From Octopus vulgaris (taxonomy: Eukaryota): DNA of 64,000 bases. Where the stretch lies: positions 16,368,001 through 16,432,000 of the forward strand of contig OX597832.1 of assembly GCA_951406725.2 (NCBI GenBank), written 5' to 3'. A program made the position numbers and the translations under genes. The notes beneath the pieces were generated by a model. It was not told where the DNA came from and searched no databases. It saw only the letters and a list, made by a program, of their open reading frames with translations. Each line of letters starts with the position of its first letter. Within the stretch, counting starts at the first letter, position 1. Positions 28,301-41,935 of the stretch are shown here, one piece after another.

Positions 28301-28372
<72 letters not shown>
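28081..28372. repeat. Compound trinucleotide microsatellite (AGT)n/(GTT)n/(ATT)n
   Basis: Direct inspection. Confidence 0.95.
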
Positions 28373-29302
28373 ACATGTTAAATTCATAAGACAATCATCT
28401 CATTTTGCAATTGAAAATATAAAAGACACCTTGTGAATGTTGCCAATTTGAAGTACTGACTTCACATTTATTTTCTATTGTGTACGCGATATAATCACCT
28501 TTCATGCACACAACATACCCCCATATGCACTCAGAAAGACAGATACACGTATGCATTATGTACGGAGCTATATCTGTGTGTGAATTCATACGTGTATTTA
28601 TGTATGTATACGTGATTTGAGCTGAATGGGAAAGGAGAAGAAAGCATAAGTAACATCTAATTACACATGGCATCGACAATAAAATTTTGTGTGCGAGACA
28701 CAAGCTATACATTTAACGGACAGTTGTATAGGGGTTTATTTCATATATTTATAACCGAAAACGGAATTATATTCGTATTTCAGCGATCTATGAATCCGTG
28801 TGTGTGTGCGGTGTTATTCTCTTGTTGTTTAATGTGATCACAAATCGTTAATATCTTGACAGAAACTTGGAAGTTAATGTGGATTAGAAAACGAAACTCA
28901 ACTTTATTTTACTTCTTTACTATACCTTTTTCGTGATCTTTCTTTAATCATATCTGCATGAATATCACGTTTTATGATGTTTCTTCAGTTTTTTTTTTTC
29001 GTTGACGTAGTTACCAGAATATTTCGTGTATCAGGTTTGGTTTCCAAGTATTTCAGGAAACTATGAATAAAATCTTCTTAACGTGTTTCAATGACAATTG
29101 TTTATCATCTTTTCATTGCAGATTTTGGATATAGAATTTTCTTTAGTTGTTCTATTCTTCTGTGCTTTTATGTCGTGTCATGATCTGCCCCTAAAACCAT
29201 TGGGAGATTATAATCTTGTATGCAAGAAATATAAGTTGATTTTGTTTTCTATGCTATCATAGCTCTGAATACAAGTACCGTGGAACATATGATGGAGTAT
29301 TA

Positions 29303-29344
29303 TTACTCAATGTATTTCACTGTCTCGCTCTTGATAGTTACTGC
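29303..29344 (-). CDS. Candidate short (alternative terminal) exon, phase 0 AVTIKSETVKYIE*
   Basis: Minus-strand acceptor TTTATTTTATTTCAG|GCAGTAACT in unique sequence. Same strand and same GC start as the 10417 exon. Confidence 0.3.
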   Translation of the reverse strand, partial: AVTIKSETVKYIE

Positions 29345-29902
29345 CTGAAATAAAATAAATTATTAAAAGCTTTCTATTTTCACTTTTGTGGACATCAATA
29401 AAATAACGAAACGATTAAAACGATAGCTAGCATTCGCTCTATTTTTCATGCTTTAGCATATATCGAAATCAAATTACGATTCAGGTACAATAAGAATAAA
29501 CCAAACTTAAAATAACCCCATATAATGATGATGATACGGTTGAAAATAAGAGCAAGAACATAACTTTTCTAATGTTCATATTTCAGACATTAATATCCTT
29601 ATGCTTCAACTTTGTTTTTTTCCTCCTAGTACATTTGTAGATATTGTTGAGATATTATAATTTATTTCATCAATAGTACGATGGTAGTGAGGAGGCGATC
29701 TCCAGAAGGCATTTATAATTTGTTTGAATCGACAATAATCGGTGAATAATAGCAACATACTTCTGTCATTGTTCTGTTTTGCATATTGTTAAACTACATT
29801 TAACTGTAACAAGTTTTCTGAATAATAAACAAATATACGGTAATACTGACTTCAAATTTTTGGCGCTTTTGCGTGAGGAGTTATATCGATTATAGCTGAC
29901 AA

Positions 29903-30130
29903 AGGCGGTGAGCTGGCAGAATCGTTAGCACGCCGGGCGAAATGCGTAGCCCTTGTGGGCAATAAAGAAATATATATTGACCCTTGTGTTGAACTGGTAT
30001 TTATTTTCTCAACCTCGGAAAGGATGAAGAGCAAACTCGACCTCCGCAGAATTTATACTCAAACATGAAAACAGATGGAAAGCCGCACAGTATTTTGTCC
30101 GGTGTGATAAAATACTGGCTGCTCGCTGCA
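29903..30130. mobile_element. Two abutting SINE family B pieces (internally deleted + copy, degenerate - copy)
   Basis: GGCGGTGAGCTGGCAGAATCGTTAGCACGCCGGGCGAAATGCGTAG joined directly to tail CCCTTGTGGGCAATAAAGAAATA, followed by an inverted core. Confidence 0.75.
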
Positions 30131-32251
30131 CTAATATACACAGTAATACGAACCACAATAAAATATAACTATATGATGGTAGTGATGGTGCTCGATCTTC
30201 TAGTCAAAGCAAAGAAACTTTGCCTCGGTCTTTCGTGTTTTTTGTGTAGGCTGGTGATATCAGTGACACATAATTCCTAAGGAATATCTCACGAACTCGT
30301 ATTCTGCATATTTTATTATCCCTGCAATGATGAACGTATAGCATTTAAATAACATTAGCATTTGAACTGAAATTTGAAATAGTTGTAACTATCACTGGTA
30401 TGATTCTGCGAATCGTTTATGATGAAGACTTCCCATCCATTAAATTATACTATATTTAGGGATTTCATTAAATTTAATATGAAGTTATTCACTTAACCAA
30501 ATATTCCAGACGCTTCTTCGCGCGTTTACACGACATATTGTTATTGTGCTCGCCACTTGTAATAAACAAAATATTAGATAGTGCCCCTAGAGTTTACAGG
30601 TAGTGTACTGCATGCCCAGTCTAAGCCTCACACATAACTCTCCAAAAGAGTAATTAAACTGCTGCTTAAATAAAACTGAAGTTACACATTCTCAAATTGC
30701 TTTTCAATTAAATCGGAAATATGTCATTCAAGTAACATTCAACGGCAATAGACTGAAAAGTATAATAGGAAATAAGTCAATGCAGGCAAGGAACTTCGTA
30801 TGTCTTTTTTAGCTGTCTTTCATCGCCACAATCCTCAATTTGTTATCACGAATCGACATTTACATAATTTTCAATCGAAGACCATTTTATGCTTTTGGCA
30901 CATTAATTGAGCTTGTAATATTTGACAAATATTAAAATCACTAAAATCATACACATGAATATTAATATGTAGGCATTTTTATTTTACCGAAAGGAAGGAG
31001 ATTAGAAAGCGTTTGTTTTCTTTCTTTTTCACTATGGATGGGACTAATGGTAACAGTACATAGCAAGAGTAGATTCACTAAATATAATTTTTTTTTTTTA
31101 TTAATTTCTATAACATTTTGTAGTATTTGAATTTGCACCACAAAACAATGTGCTCCAAGCAGTGGAATACTAAATTAAACAAGTTGTGCTATTTATTATG
31201 TAATTAATGTGTAAATACGGAAACCTTAAGAATGAATTAATATTGAGCAATTAAAGCATACATATCAATATGTTACTCTCTAGCCTGTATTTGATGGTTG
31301 ACATTGACGAGTGAATGAGCTGTTGCCATGGACAATGGTATTCCTCTGCGTCTGGGGCAAGTATGCATTGGCTAAAACTGGACAACGGAAAGGAAATTTC
31401 GGACGACTGTACTCCACTAATCTTGCATGATTAAGATGTGGTAGTCATCAACTTATGATTCATTAGTGTAACTGACAAGTGTAATATACAAGTGTAATTG
31501 CTAAAATGAAACAATGCAAAACAAGTTCGCCATATTAGCATTGTCGTTGTGAACCAATTTTAACAGAAGCCACAAGCATATAATTTAGTGTTGTAATGGA
31601 CCAGGCTAATTTTACTATACAGTAATACACCAATCATCTTAGTGTGCAATAGTGAGCAAATAACGACTAAATTACTCTCTTGTTAAATGCAAGGAAACGT
31701 ATTGTATTAGGAGACCCCTTTAAAATTAGAAGATGATACTGTCTTAAGTGTTACTGGGAATATATTTTGATCTATCAGTACTGACAACGTGTAAAAAGTC
31801 CTTGCATGACTTTCGAAATGCAACACATCATTTTACACAGGAAACCACAGTAATACATCCGTATAAAAGCTGATACTAATTAGCAGAAAACTCAATAGGT
31901 TTCGAGTCATCATATTCAAAACTTAACAAATTGGTACGTCTATATTTTGTATGCCTATCTGTATGTATGTATATACATGTATACGTTCTTATGCACAAGT
32001 AATTATGGGGTACTTTAAAGCTGTAAGTGAATTTACCGTGTTATAGACTGTTAAACGCAAAATGAATTCACATGAAATTTCTCATCTCAAGTGACTATCA
32101 CCTACTTGATGAATAGTATCCTCTACTGGATAAATTTTAACCAATGTAGTAAAATATTCTCTGATTTGAGAATTCGTTACAACACTTGAATTTGGTTTCC
32201 GTTATATCATGCATCACGTGTGCCAAATCTATTCTGACACAGCCTCGAGGA

Positions 32252-32315
<64 letters not shown>

Positions 32316-32369
32316 ATATATATATATATATATATTCTTTATTTAAAGCAGCAGAAAATTCAACAAAAT

Positions 32370-32407
32370 CTGTTACTCTGAGTTTCTCGTTGCCATTCAT
32401 CAGACAG
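32370..32407 (-). ncRNA. Minimal type I hammerhead ribozyme (antisense twin)
   Basis: CTGT-CTGATGA-ATGGCAACGA-GAAA-CTCAGAG-TA-ACAG. Confidence 0.8.
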
Positions 32408-32423
32408 TTTTTGCTAGAAAAAA

Positions 32424-32461
32424 CTGTCTGATGAACGGCAACGAGAAACTCAGAGTAACAG
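32424..32461 (+). ncRNA. Minimal type I hammerhead ribozyme
   Basis: CTGT-CTGATGA-A-CG-GCAA-CG-A-GAAA-CTC-A-GAG-TA-ACAG. Stem I CTGT/ACAG, GNRA-capped mini stem II, near-palindromic stem III, predicted cleavage after GUA (32457). Confidence 0.85.
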
Positions 32462-32563
32462 ATTTTGTTGAATTTTCTGCTGCTTTAAATAAAGCATATT
32501 ACTCTACCACTGGTATTTGAGTACTCTTTTTTCCACCTTGTTTCACATTTATGTGTTTACTCC

Positions 32564-32665
<102 letters not shown>

Positions 32666-33511
32666 TATGTATGTATGTATGTATGCCTTTAATCCCTTGT
32701 TTTCAGTGAATATAAGAGGTATACATCTTTCTCGGATTAAATTTGGATGTAATTATGGCTTCGTTTTTGAAAGATTTTTCTCATGACCACCCTAACAATT
32801 TGCATCAACGATGCATTATAAGGTGTCTATTTTATATAAAATTACTCTATTTTTGAAGACCTTAATTTAGTTTATATATCATCTGGTCTTAAATCTCTTT
32901 CTAAATTTTAGAATGCTATTATTTATTATACAAAATATAGTACTATATGGATTTTGCTAAATTTGGATACACATTTTCCCCCTGTACACTTAATACGCAT
33001 TTAGTTCTCATTGTGATTTACTTTGTTTTCTATTTTAGGCCCCTTTTATCTTATAATAATAAAATAGTTTACGTCACCAGTACCCTTCGTATTTCTGGAC
33101 ATATACCATTATCTTCCTGACATCTTCTGACGCATGTTCCCTTATGCAATCATATCGAATTTATAGCCACAGTAAAATAGGGATAGGGAAGACTATCTGA
33201 CATTAATTAATTTATTACCAGCACAAGAACTTAATTGTCAATTCCCAGTGGTTTTAATTCTCAGTGGATATGGAATACTAGCTGCATTTCATCTTTTGAT
33301 TGAGATAAGGAGAAAGATAAATGTTGGTATCTTACCATCTCTTCACCTCATTTGTATTCTCTTCTGCCATTGCAAGTTATAGATAGGGTATTTTCATTTT
33401 GCTACAATAATAGCAACAACCATGCAATTGTTTTATTCTCTAGTTCTGATGAGAAGTTTGCTAGAATACGTAATTGTGCATCCAGTATGTTGAAAAACAA
33501 TATGGGCTTAT

Positions 33512-33596
33512 TCATCTGAGGAAGGCGCTGCATTTCAAGCTGATGCAATGCTTACATTGGTCGATTAAATGGAGTCGCCGGAAACGGCCGTAACGC
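33512..33596 (+). ncRNA. Type I hammerhead ribozyme motif (stem I degenerate)
   Basis: CTGAGGA-A-GGCG-CTGCATTT...AAATGGAG-T-CGCC-G-GAAA-CGGCCG-TA. Palindromic stem III ACGGCCGT. Confidence 0.7.
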
Positions 33597-33895
33597 ACTA
33601 TTCCCTAGATCTTGGTTATTTAGTTGCTTATTGTATACATACATAGACGCACACAGACACACACAGACACATACTCATACACACACACACAAGATTTATT
33701 TTCCCCCTTTATTTATTTCCTCGTTTACCTTTATGTTGAGGGTAGGCGCAAAATGTAACATATTTTCTAATTTTCCCTAGCGTCAAAATAATACACCTGT
33801 TTGTTTTTATACACTTGACTTTGTCTTTTGTTTTTCAGTATGTTTCAACTACATATATGCATATGTATATACATGCACACACACACACACACACA

Positions 33896-33938
<43 letters not shown>

Positions 33939-33984
33939 TTTAGTATATATATCTCCTTTAGTATATATATATTATTCTTTTACA

Positions 33985-34180
33985 TATTTCAGTCATTCCA
34001 CCGCAGGAATGTAGGAGAGACGACTGAAAGGGGATTCGTCGAGGAAAACGACTCCAGGTCTTATTATTAGTAGCCCATGTACTTATTCGACCGTCACTTT
34101 TGACGAACCGCTATCTTATAGGACGTAAATGTATCAGCAACAGTTGTAAATGATGAAAGTTGGACACACATAGACACAGG
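33985..34180 (-). mobile_element. Degenerate 3' half of SINE family A
   Basis: TTTCAGTCATT...GAACCGCTA...GGACGTAAA. Confidence 0.65.
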
Positions 34181-34242
34181 AATATATACCTACACTCACC
34201 TACCCCCTCCTACACGCATATATATATAAGATAAGAGGAAAA

Positions 34243-34448
34243 ATATATAAAAAAGGAAATGAAGAAAATGCTGACAAAATAATTTAAGTATTATATATAT
34301 AGATCAGAGGAAAAAATCTATCTTAAAAAAATATCTTTTGATAAGCATAACAAATGCGCAACCGGTAAAAAGAACTTTCACCTAATTAAATTACTTAAAT
34401 GACTTAAATTATTTTGTCAGCATTTTCTTCATTTCCTTTTTTATATAT
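34243..34448. repeat. Perfect 47-bp inverted repeat enclosing a decayed hammerhead (Penelope-like terminus)
   Basis: 34243-34289 is the reverse complement of 34402-34448. Spacer contains CTTT-TGATAA-GCAT-AACAA-ATGC-GCAA-CCGG-TA-AAAAG. Confidence 0.8.
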
Positions 34449-34473
34449 CACAACTCGTGTTCCACATCTCCTT

Positions 34474-34530
<57 letters not shown>

Positions 34531-34624
34531 AATAATGAGGGAGATAAATTAATATTAATTTTAATATCAATTTAAGACCAGTAGTCTAGCATACAAAAAC
34601 TATGAGAAATCAGAGAAAATTATA

Positions 34625-34838
<214 letters not shown>

Positions 34839-35512
34839 TTAATTAGAGATAAAACAACTATTAGGCAAATCCTAAATCTAGTCTTTCCCTGTGAGTTTGG
34901 ATTTACTCCCTAATATTATTATTATTATTATTATATATATATCTATACATATATATGTGGAAAATTATTTCAGTATGGCAAATTTGGAAGCGTTGATGTA
35001 ATTATAAAATCTCACGATATGTGACTGCAATCACGATATGTGACTACAATCCGCGCATCTCGGGAAGCCGTCGTCTGATTAATGTGAAACTTGTTTTATT
35101 CCGTTTGACCTCATATTTCAATAGTACCTTAGTTTATTTGTCTGTCTGGCTATTTATAAAGGGGTTCATGATAAAAGGCGATAACTCCTGGTTTCACTTC
35201 TTAAATTTCTGGGAACAATCCCACCAAAACCACGTAACTCGTGATTCGATTTACTCGAAAGTTGTTTTTATTCTGTTTGTATTCATATTTTAGAGTATTT
35301 TCCCATTATGCGTCGGTTTGGCTGTATCATATTACAGTCAAGCGGGCACGCAAGCAAGCAATCACAGAGTTTTAGTAGTATTTAGATAAACACCTGAGGA
35401 ATTTATATTAGAGAACGAATCCATTCAAAATCCAAGTACGATGTTACCTTACACTAAATGTTTATTCCCATGAATATTAAAGAAAGCTGCCTCAATATCC
35501 ATTCGCACCTCT

Positions 35513-35720
35513 GTATACGCAGGTATATGTGTGTGCCTATCTATGTGAGATTGGGAGTGACTGTTTGCTAATATGCGTGTATATATGTATACGTGTGTGT
35601 AAGAGATTGCTTGTAGGTATACGCAGGCATATGTGTGTGTCTATCTATGTGACATTGGGAGTGACTGTTTATATTCGTGTATAAATCTATATGTGTGTGT
35701 AAAAGAGTGCTTTTAGGTAT
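35513..35720 (+). repeat. Tandem duplication of a ~104-bp unit
   Basis: GTATACGCAGG.ATATGTGTGTG.CTATCTATGTGA.ATTGGGAGTGACTGTTT occurs twice. Confidence 0.85.
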
Positions 35721-36022
35721 GTATATACGGTTGTTTAACATGGCATGAAAATTACTATTGGTGTGTTTATATCCTTGTAATTTTGATGATTGTCTTAAAA
35801 TGTTAAACGAAAATTCGAGAATGCTGATAATCTGAGGTTGATTTCATAGCGTTCCCCAATCAACATGATACCATACAAAAGCGGCTGGCTAATAATTGCA
35901 CAAATAACAAATGAATACAACCAAACAAACTTGTTTGGTTTTCAATTATTTCTATATCTGTGACCTAGTGAGTATTATTGTGCGTACTAACAAACACTAT
36001 TTTGCACACACACACACACACG

Positions 36023-36067
<45 letters not shown>

Positions 36068-36074
36068 ACATATT

Positions 36075-36111
<37 letters not shown>

Positions 36112-36112
36112 G

Positions 36113-36189
<77 letters not shown>

Positions 36190-36319
36190 GCATATATATA
36201 TATATATATTTATATATAAATGAATGTATGCATATATATGTATATGCATTCGCATATACATATATACACATATATGTGTGAGTACGCAATTCTGCATGTA
36301 CGTATATGTATATTCTTTT

Positions 36320-36578
36320 AGTATTTTACTTCTTCCAGTCATTTAAATGCGGCCATGCTAGAGCGCACTGCCTTTTAGTCTAACAAATCGGTTCGGGACT
36401 TATTCTTTGTAAGCCTAGTACTAATTCTATGTTCTTTTTTTTCCAGAAACGCTAACGTACGTGGACAAAAACTTACCAACACCAGTTGCCAAGTGATGGT
36501 GTGATGACAAACACAGACACACAAATACATACTTACACACACACACACACACATACATATATATACATATAAATACAT

Positions 36579-36624
<46 letters not shown>

Positions 36625-36940
36625 GTATATATATATATACATACATACGTGTGTGTTTACGTGTGTATGCAACATATTGTATAATTATAAACCAGGCAAA
36701 TTTAAATCATTTCTCCGCACATTTGAAAAATTATGAACAATCTTTAAACGATTGTCGAACCTTAATATGCTCTCATCAGTGGGTACGGGCGTCATTCAGT
36801 TTCCGTCTGACAAATTTACTCACAAGGTATTGGTCGGTCCAAGGCTGTAGTAGAATTTTCTTACCCAAGATGTCGCGAAGAGGGACTGAACCCGGAAAAA
36901 TGTGACTGGAAAATAAGCGTCTTACCGAACAGCCAAACTT
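36320..36940 (-). mobile_element. SINE family A with expanded internal microsatellite
   Basis: 3' half at 36320-36520, 5' half at 36785-36940 (CCCAAGATGTCGCG...GGGACTGAACCCGG). Confidence 0.8.
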
Positions 36941-38399
36941 GCATACATATATCACGTAGATGCATATACACGTATGTATGTACGTATACATACATAAGAG
37001 TGTATATATGAGTATATATGTATTTATATGCGCGCATACATAGAGAGGGTAATTATAATGATAGACAGACAGACAGGCAGACATAAAGAAAGATATATAG
37101 GTAGATAGATAGATCCATATGTTGATTTTCACCTGTTGTTGTAGATCAGATGTGTGTCGAAATAAAGATTATTTTATCATCATCATCATTATCATCACCA
37201 TCGTCGTCGAGTTCGTCATCGTCATCGTCGTCATCATCATCATCATTATCATCGCCACATATCAGGGAATATATAAAATGACAGACGATTTTAACAGTCA
37301 CTTCCCAGCTACACTCTGAGTGGGATTTCAAACACTTTTTATCTTTCTATATGAGAATAGAAAGATATTTCAAAACAAATGATATCAGTAACTTCATCAC
37401 GATAAATCTTGTCTAAGAAAACTAAAGAACATTTTCTATTAACACTTCTGTGAAATGGCTATCCTGTCAAATTATACGAGCGATAATAATTTCTTTCATT
37501 AAGATATCAATATCGACTATCAGAGTAAGTGGTTGTTCGTGTTTTTATTCTTGGCAATGTTGTTATTTTGTTTTCTCTCTTTATTTTTGTTCTCTTTTTT
37601 TCTGTTTTATATTCCTCTTTGTTGAAGTGTATTTGCGTATCAGTAACCAAACTGCCAAAACAGCAGCTGCAAAAAATTATCCTTCTCTTTAACGATACAT
37701 CGCAATGTATTCGAAATTTGCATCTGTTTTCTCATAAACTAACAACGGAATAAATTATTAATAGTTTATAACTACTCCTCAAAAGTTTCTCTTCAATCTA
37801 GCTATTAATTAACACTATTTGATCTCGAGCAGAATCATTTACTGACAAACGCCGCGATGCTTAAATTTGAATATACAACTATAATCGAAGTAAGCTTCCT
37901 TTCGAATATGGTAATGTAATCAAGTATCCAAACAGTCTGAGAGAAATGAAAAAGACAAAATACAAATCCGCCAAACAACTAAAAACAGTGTAATGTATAT
38001 ATTTATATTGTGAAGAAGAAACAATTTAGATTGAAACGTTTCGGACTTTGGTTCTTTTTCCGCTTCATTAAAGGTGAGAAGCTGGACCTATGATATTATC
38101 AGTAATGATATTGTTATATTCAAAACTACATGGTGAAACAAAAATATAAATCGGTATAATAGGTTTGTATGAAACGGAATTTTCGAACGAAAATAAAAGT
38201 GCAGGATAGGTACGACGATTTTTTGTGTGTGCTTATATAATGAATCATCTATGTTACCTTCTGTTTTGGAATGTAGATATGCGTGCTGCAGATATGTAGT
38301 GCTTATAAATATACGTCATTGAAAATAGTAAAGCTGCGCATAAGAGGAGGTAACCGATCTTGGAAAGCAAATGAATAAGATAAAATGTATATGACATGT

Positions 38400-39400
38400 A
38401 TTATATAGGAAAAATGTATAATTTAGGAACCGTGGATAGACTCCCTTGCTCCGTTTACAAAATCCCTACTCACAGTACAAACAAGATTGTTTTTGTAGTA
38501 GAGTAAACATTGAGGCATAGATAAACCTTGCGCTATAGGGTAATGTACGTTACAAAGGAAGGTTTTTATGGTGTTACCTCGGACATCAAAAGCAATAGGG
38601 TAGTTACCGAATGTGTTGCCAATATACAACACACAGTAGCGTTAACTTTTGAGCTATAAATAATCTTCTCACTCTCCTCATGGATACGAATAGTGCGATA
38701 GAAAGATGAGTTTGTTCCTTTGAGCGTAAATAATTTTAGATGTTGTATTAGATTCAGCTAGGGAAAGGATACATCTATGATATCGAAATAGAATTTAGTA
38801 AGGGATGAATGATGCATGGGCTAAACGATCCGTAACTGTAGTTTATAACACAAGGAAAACACGTATTAGAGAAGATTTGAGAAGTGGCAAAATGTGATAA
38901 AAGGGAACTGAAGTTCCGGATGAGCATTCCCAGAAATAAAGCTATAGGATATCAGGCGATGGTAAAAAAATAAAAAGGAATATTGATAGAGCTTTGCATG
39001 TGAGCAGATCGATAGCCTAGTCAATAGTCAATGGGGCTTCGATATGCAGCTATGAAAGCTGTATATTGAACCAGATGGAATTATTGGTCTCCAACTCCTT
39101 TAACAATAGATTCTATTGTAGCATGTGGTAGATGAGTTTACGGCGATTATAGCAGATTGGGTGAGATTTGGAGCTTAGGAGATAAGAACGAAGAAAAAGA
39201 GTGCTCGAAATGATTTATATAGAAGAGAAGTGAGGTTACAGGAATCAATAGAATAAGCTGTGTTTCGAACTGTTAGATGGGAGAGTGATATTGTAATCTG
39301 GCGTCTAGGAAAGGATGGAATATGCTAGCCAAAATAATAAGGGCTTAAATGAATTCATCAAGGGAGGTGATCATGCTACATTTGATATAAAATCTCTATA
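38400..39400 (-). mobile_element. Highly decayed CR1/Jockey-like LINE ORF2 remnant
   Basis: Purine-rich plus strand. Minus strand PSPDI..FWECSS near 38920-38960 resembles the RT-proximal 'SPGPD.I...L.EC...L..PL' motif. Confidence 0.35.
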
Positions 39401-41416
39401 ATATCTGGATACAAAATGTAAATCAGAAAGTAAGGGGTTTCAAAATGCTTTACACTAATGTTCATCAATTGGTGAGCTACACTGAATACTGTTTTGCCTG
39501 TAGTAAGATGTTTGCTTTTTTCTTCTTTTTTTTTCTTTTTTAGAAGCAGAAGCATTAACAGATGAGATCCGTGTTATCTAGGCAAAAGGTAGCGGGGAAA
39601 GGTTTGAATGAATGTTATACGTCGGTGAAATAATTACTTAAAGGCTAAAATATTTTCATTGGAAATGATAAATTAAAAATGTTATATACAAATTAACAGA
39701 AAACAACCATCGCCATGTTACAGAAGGGAATATTTTTGGGTGTCTGTCTTGCTAGTTATGCGATGTCTACAATGAATGCTGCAGACCCCTGGTTAAACAC
39801 TGGAAATTAATACAGTTGGTCGGTAGTAGGAAGGAGAGTTATAAATATTAGGAAGGTGATTGGTGTTATAGGTTTATAGTAGATTGTCAATTATTGTATA
39901 AAGAAACGCCTCTTGCCTGGGATGTGTTTAGCGAAAAGGCAATTATCTGTATTAGAAACGTAGCTCTGATAGCGCAAATACTGAACAATGATAGCACCAT
40001 ATAGCACTTTTGACGAAACAGTTTCTATATTCTGGGATTTTGGAAGTACCAGATTGCATAGAAAAATACAAGGTAGAATCGGCTTCAAAAGATCGAAACG
40101 CAAAATTACCCATGCGAGTGAAATGACTACAAGCCTTCTGTTATATCAGAACACGTGATGGGTAGAATGACTATTAGCCTTAATCTTTGAAATCCTCTCA
40201 TTGGCTAAATGCAAGTAATCTTCATTGCCCGACTCTTTCCCCGTGCAGCGTGATCTATAATTTGTGAAGAGGTAGAGTGAAGGAACATGAATGAAATCAG
40301 TTAGCAAAGAGTAATGAAGCATACAAATATCATAAAAACTTGATTTGCTGTCGTATAATTGGCATCCCTTCAGCAGTGTTTGACATGAACGTATAAAAAA
40401 CAGGCAAGAGTGGTTTCTGGAAGTGAATCACGTTAAAAAGTGCATCAATAGAAGTGAATAAAGGTATATTTCTTCCAGGTAGGCAAGGGTATGTATTGAC
40501 ATCCACGTGAAATACAACTAGGAACTTATGAGATGTAGTTCTCAAGGACGGTTAATTCATATGTATATTATTTCAGCTTAAATTTTGATAGTTTTCGTTT
40601 CATTGATTTTTTCATTATCCTTTCCATAATAAACCAAACAATGATTAATAGGCCCGACTCGTAATTGTTTTTATAACCTACCACCACAAGTGTCTCGCGT
40701 CGCTTAAAATTGATTCGCAGTAACATATTTACACCAAATGTCAGACATGTATGTAATACACGTAACACAGATTTAAGATTGTGGGTATATTGATTTGAAG
40801 AATTATTATTAACAGAAACAAGGCATAATCAATTCTAAAAACAAAGGAATATTTAGTCTTGCTATAAAATAATATTTTGCTTTAAGCTTAAAGCCAACTG
40901 TATACGGTCGAAACGGCTGAAATGTATTTTGGCTCTTATTCAGTATCATTGTAACAATCAAGGAGCTGACAATTAAACCAGATTATTTCTTTTTGGTCTC
41001 ATCATTCGTGATAGAGCGGATATCAGATCAAAAGATGAAGTCCACTTCAATATCAGTTGCTTTAAGGTGTATTGTAACAAAGAATGCATAAAATAAAATA
41101 TATACGATAGCAATGTTTTATTGTAGGTAGAGTTAGCCTTTATTTATAAGCACGACACAAGTAAATTTCAAGATTCAGCACTAACTAGGTATTGTGATAT
41201 GATATACTATACATCAACAAACACAAACACACACACACGACCACACATGCACACACATACACACATAAATGCTCACACACATTATATATATATATATATG
41301 AATAGTAAGAAGAGACAATAAAATATGTATGAAATATAATATAGTACATACATTGATACGTGTGTAGTATACATGAATATATAAAGCCATATATAAATAT
41401 ATAAGTATATATAAGC

Positions 41417-41935
41417 AGTATACGCCAAAATTAGTCCCCCAAATTTATGTGTCCAAAATGTGTCTATTAGCTATTTAATTATGATTGCTAGATATCGTTG
41501 ATTATTCGACGTGTCGAATTTTATTCGAGATTGCTGGCAGAAGCCAGGGATTCCAGACTTTTTCAGCAATTCGTTTTCCCTGATGAGGCGACCTTCCTAT
41601 CTTCCGGTCACATCAACTGTCATAAGTGCTTCTATCAATTAGAAGATGACGCTGAAGTTGTTTTGGAAATGTACGATAAATCACCTTCTTTTGTCATTTG
41701 GGCGGTGATATCATCTTCAGGAATTTGTGCATTCTATGTTCAACGAGAGGCGATGAATGGTGATCGTTATCTGCCGTTGTGTGAAAACATCATCCGGTCG
41801 TATTTTCGATACCGTAATTCCAAAATTTCCGTGCAAGATGGATCACCTCCTAATTATGGCAATTTTCTTTCCTTTTCATAATATTTCACGTACTTTTCTG
41901 TCAAAAGCTCAAGTTGGGGCACTAATTTTGTGTGT
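41417..41935 (+). pseudogene. Internally deleted Tc1/mariner-superfamily (DD41D/rosa-like) transposon
   Basis: ORF 41498-41881: RRVEF...FPDEATF..SGHIN...SPSFVIWAVIS...MNGDRY...QDGSPPNY (first two catalytic D). TIR-like pair CAAAATTAGTCCCCCAA / TTGGGGCACTAATTTTG. Confidence 0.8.

Noticed and set aside
28059-28394. Poly-Thr mucin-like, poly-Leu and poly-Val ORFs
   Set aside because: Trinucleotide microsatellite open in several frames on both strands. No splice or domain support.
37580-37670. Minus-strand AVLAVWLLIRKYTSTKRNIKQKKREQK* resembling a TM plus basic tail exon
   Set aside because: Weak polypyrimidine tract, and composition is explained by T-rich low complexity.
41580-41590. CTGATGA motif
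   Set aside because: It encodes the PDE catalytic motif of the transposase and has no matching stems.
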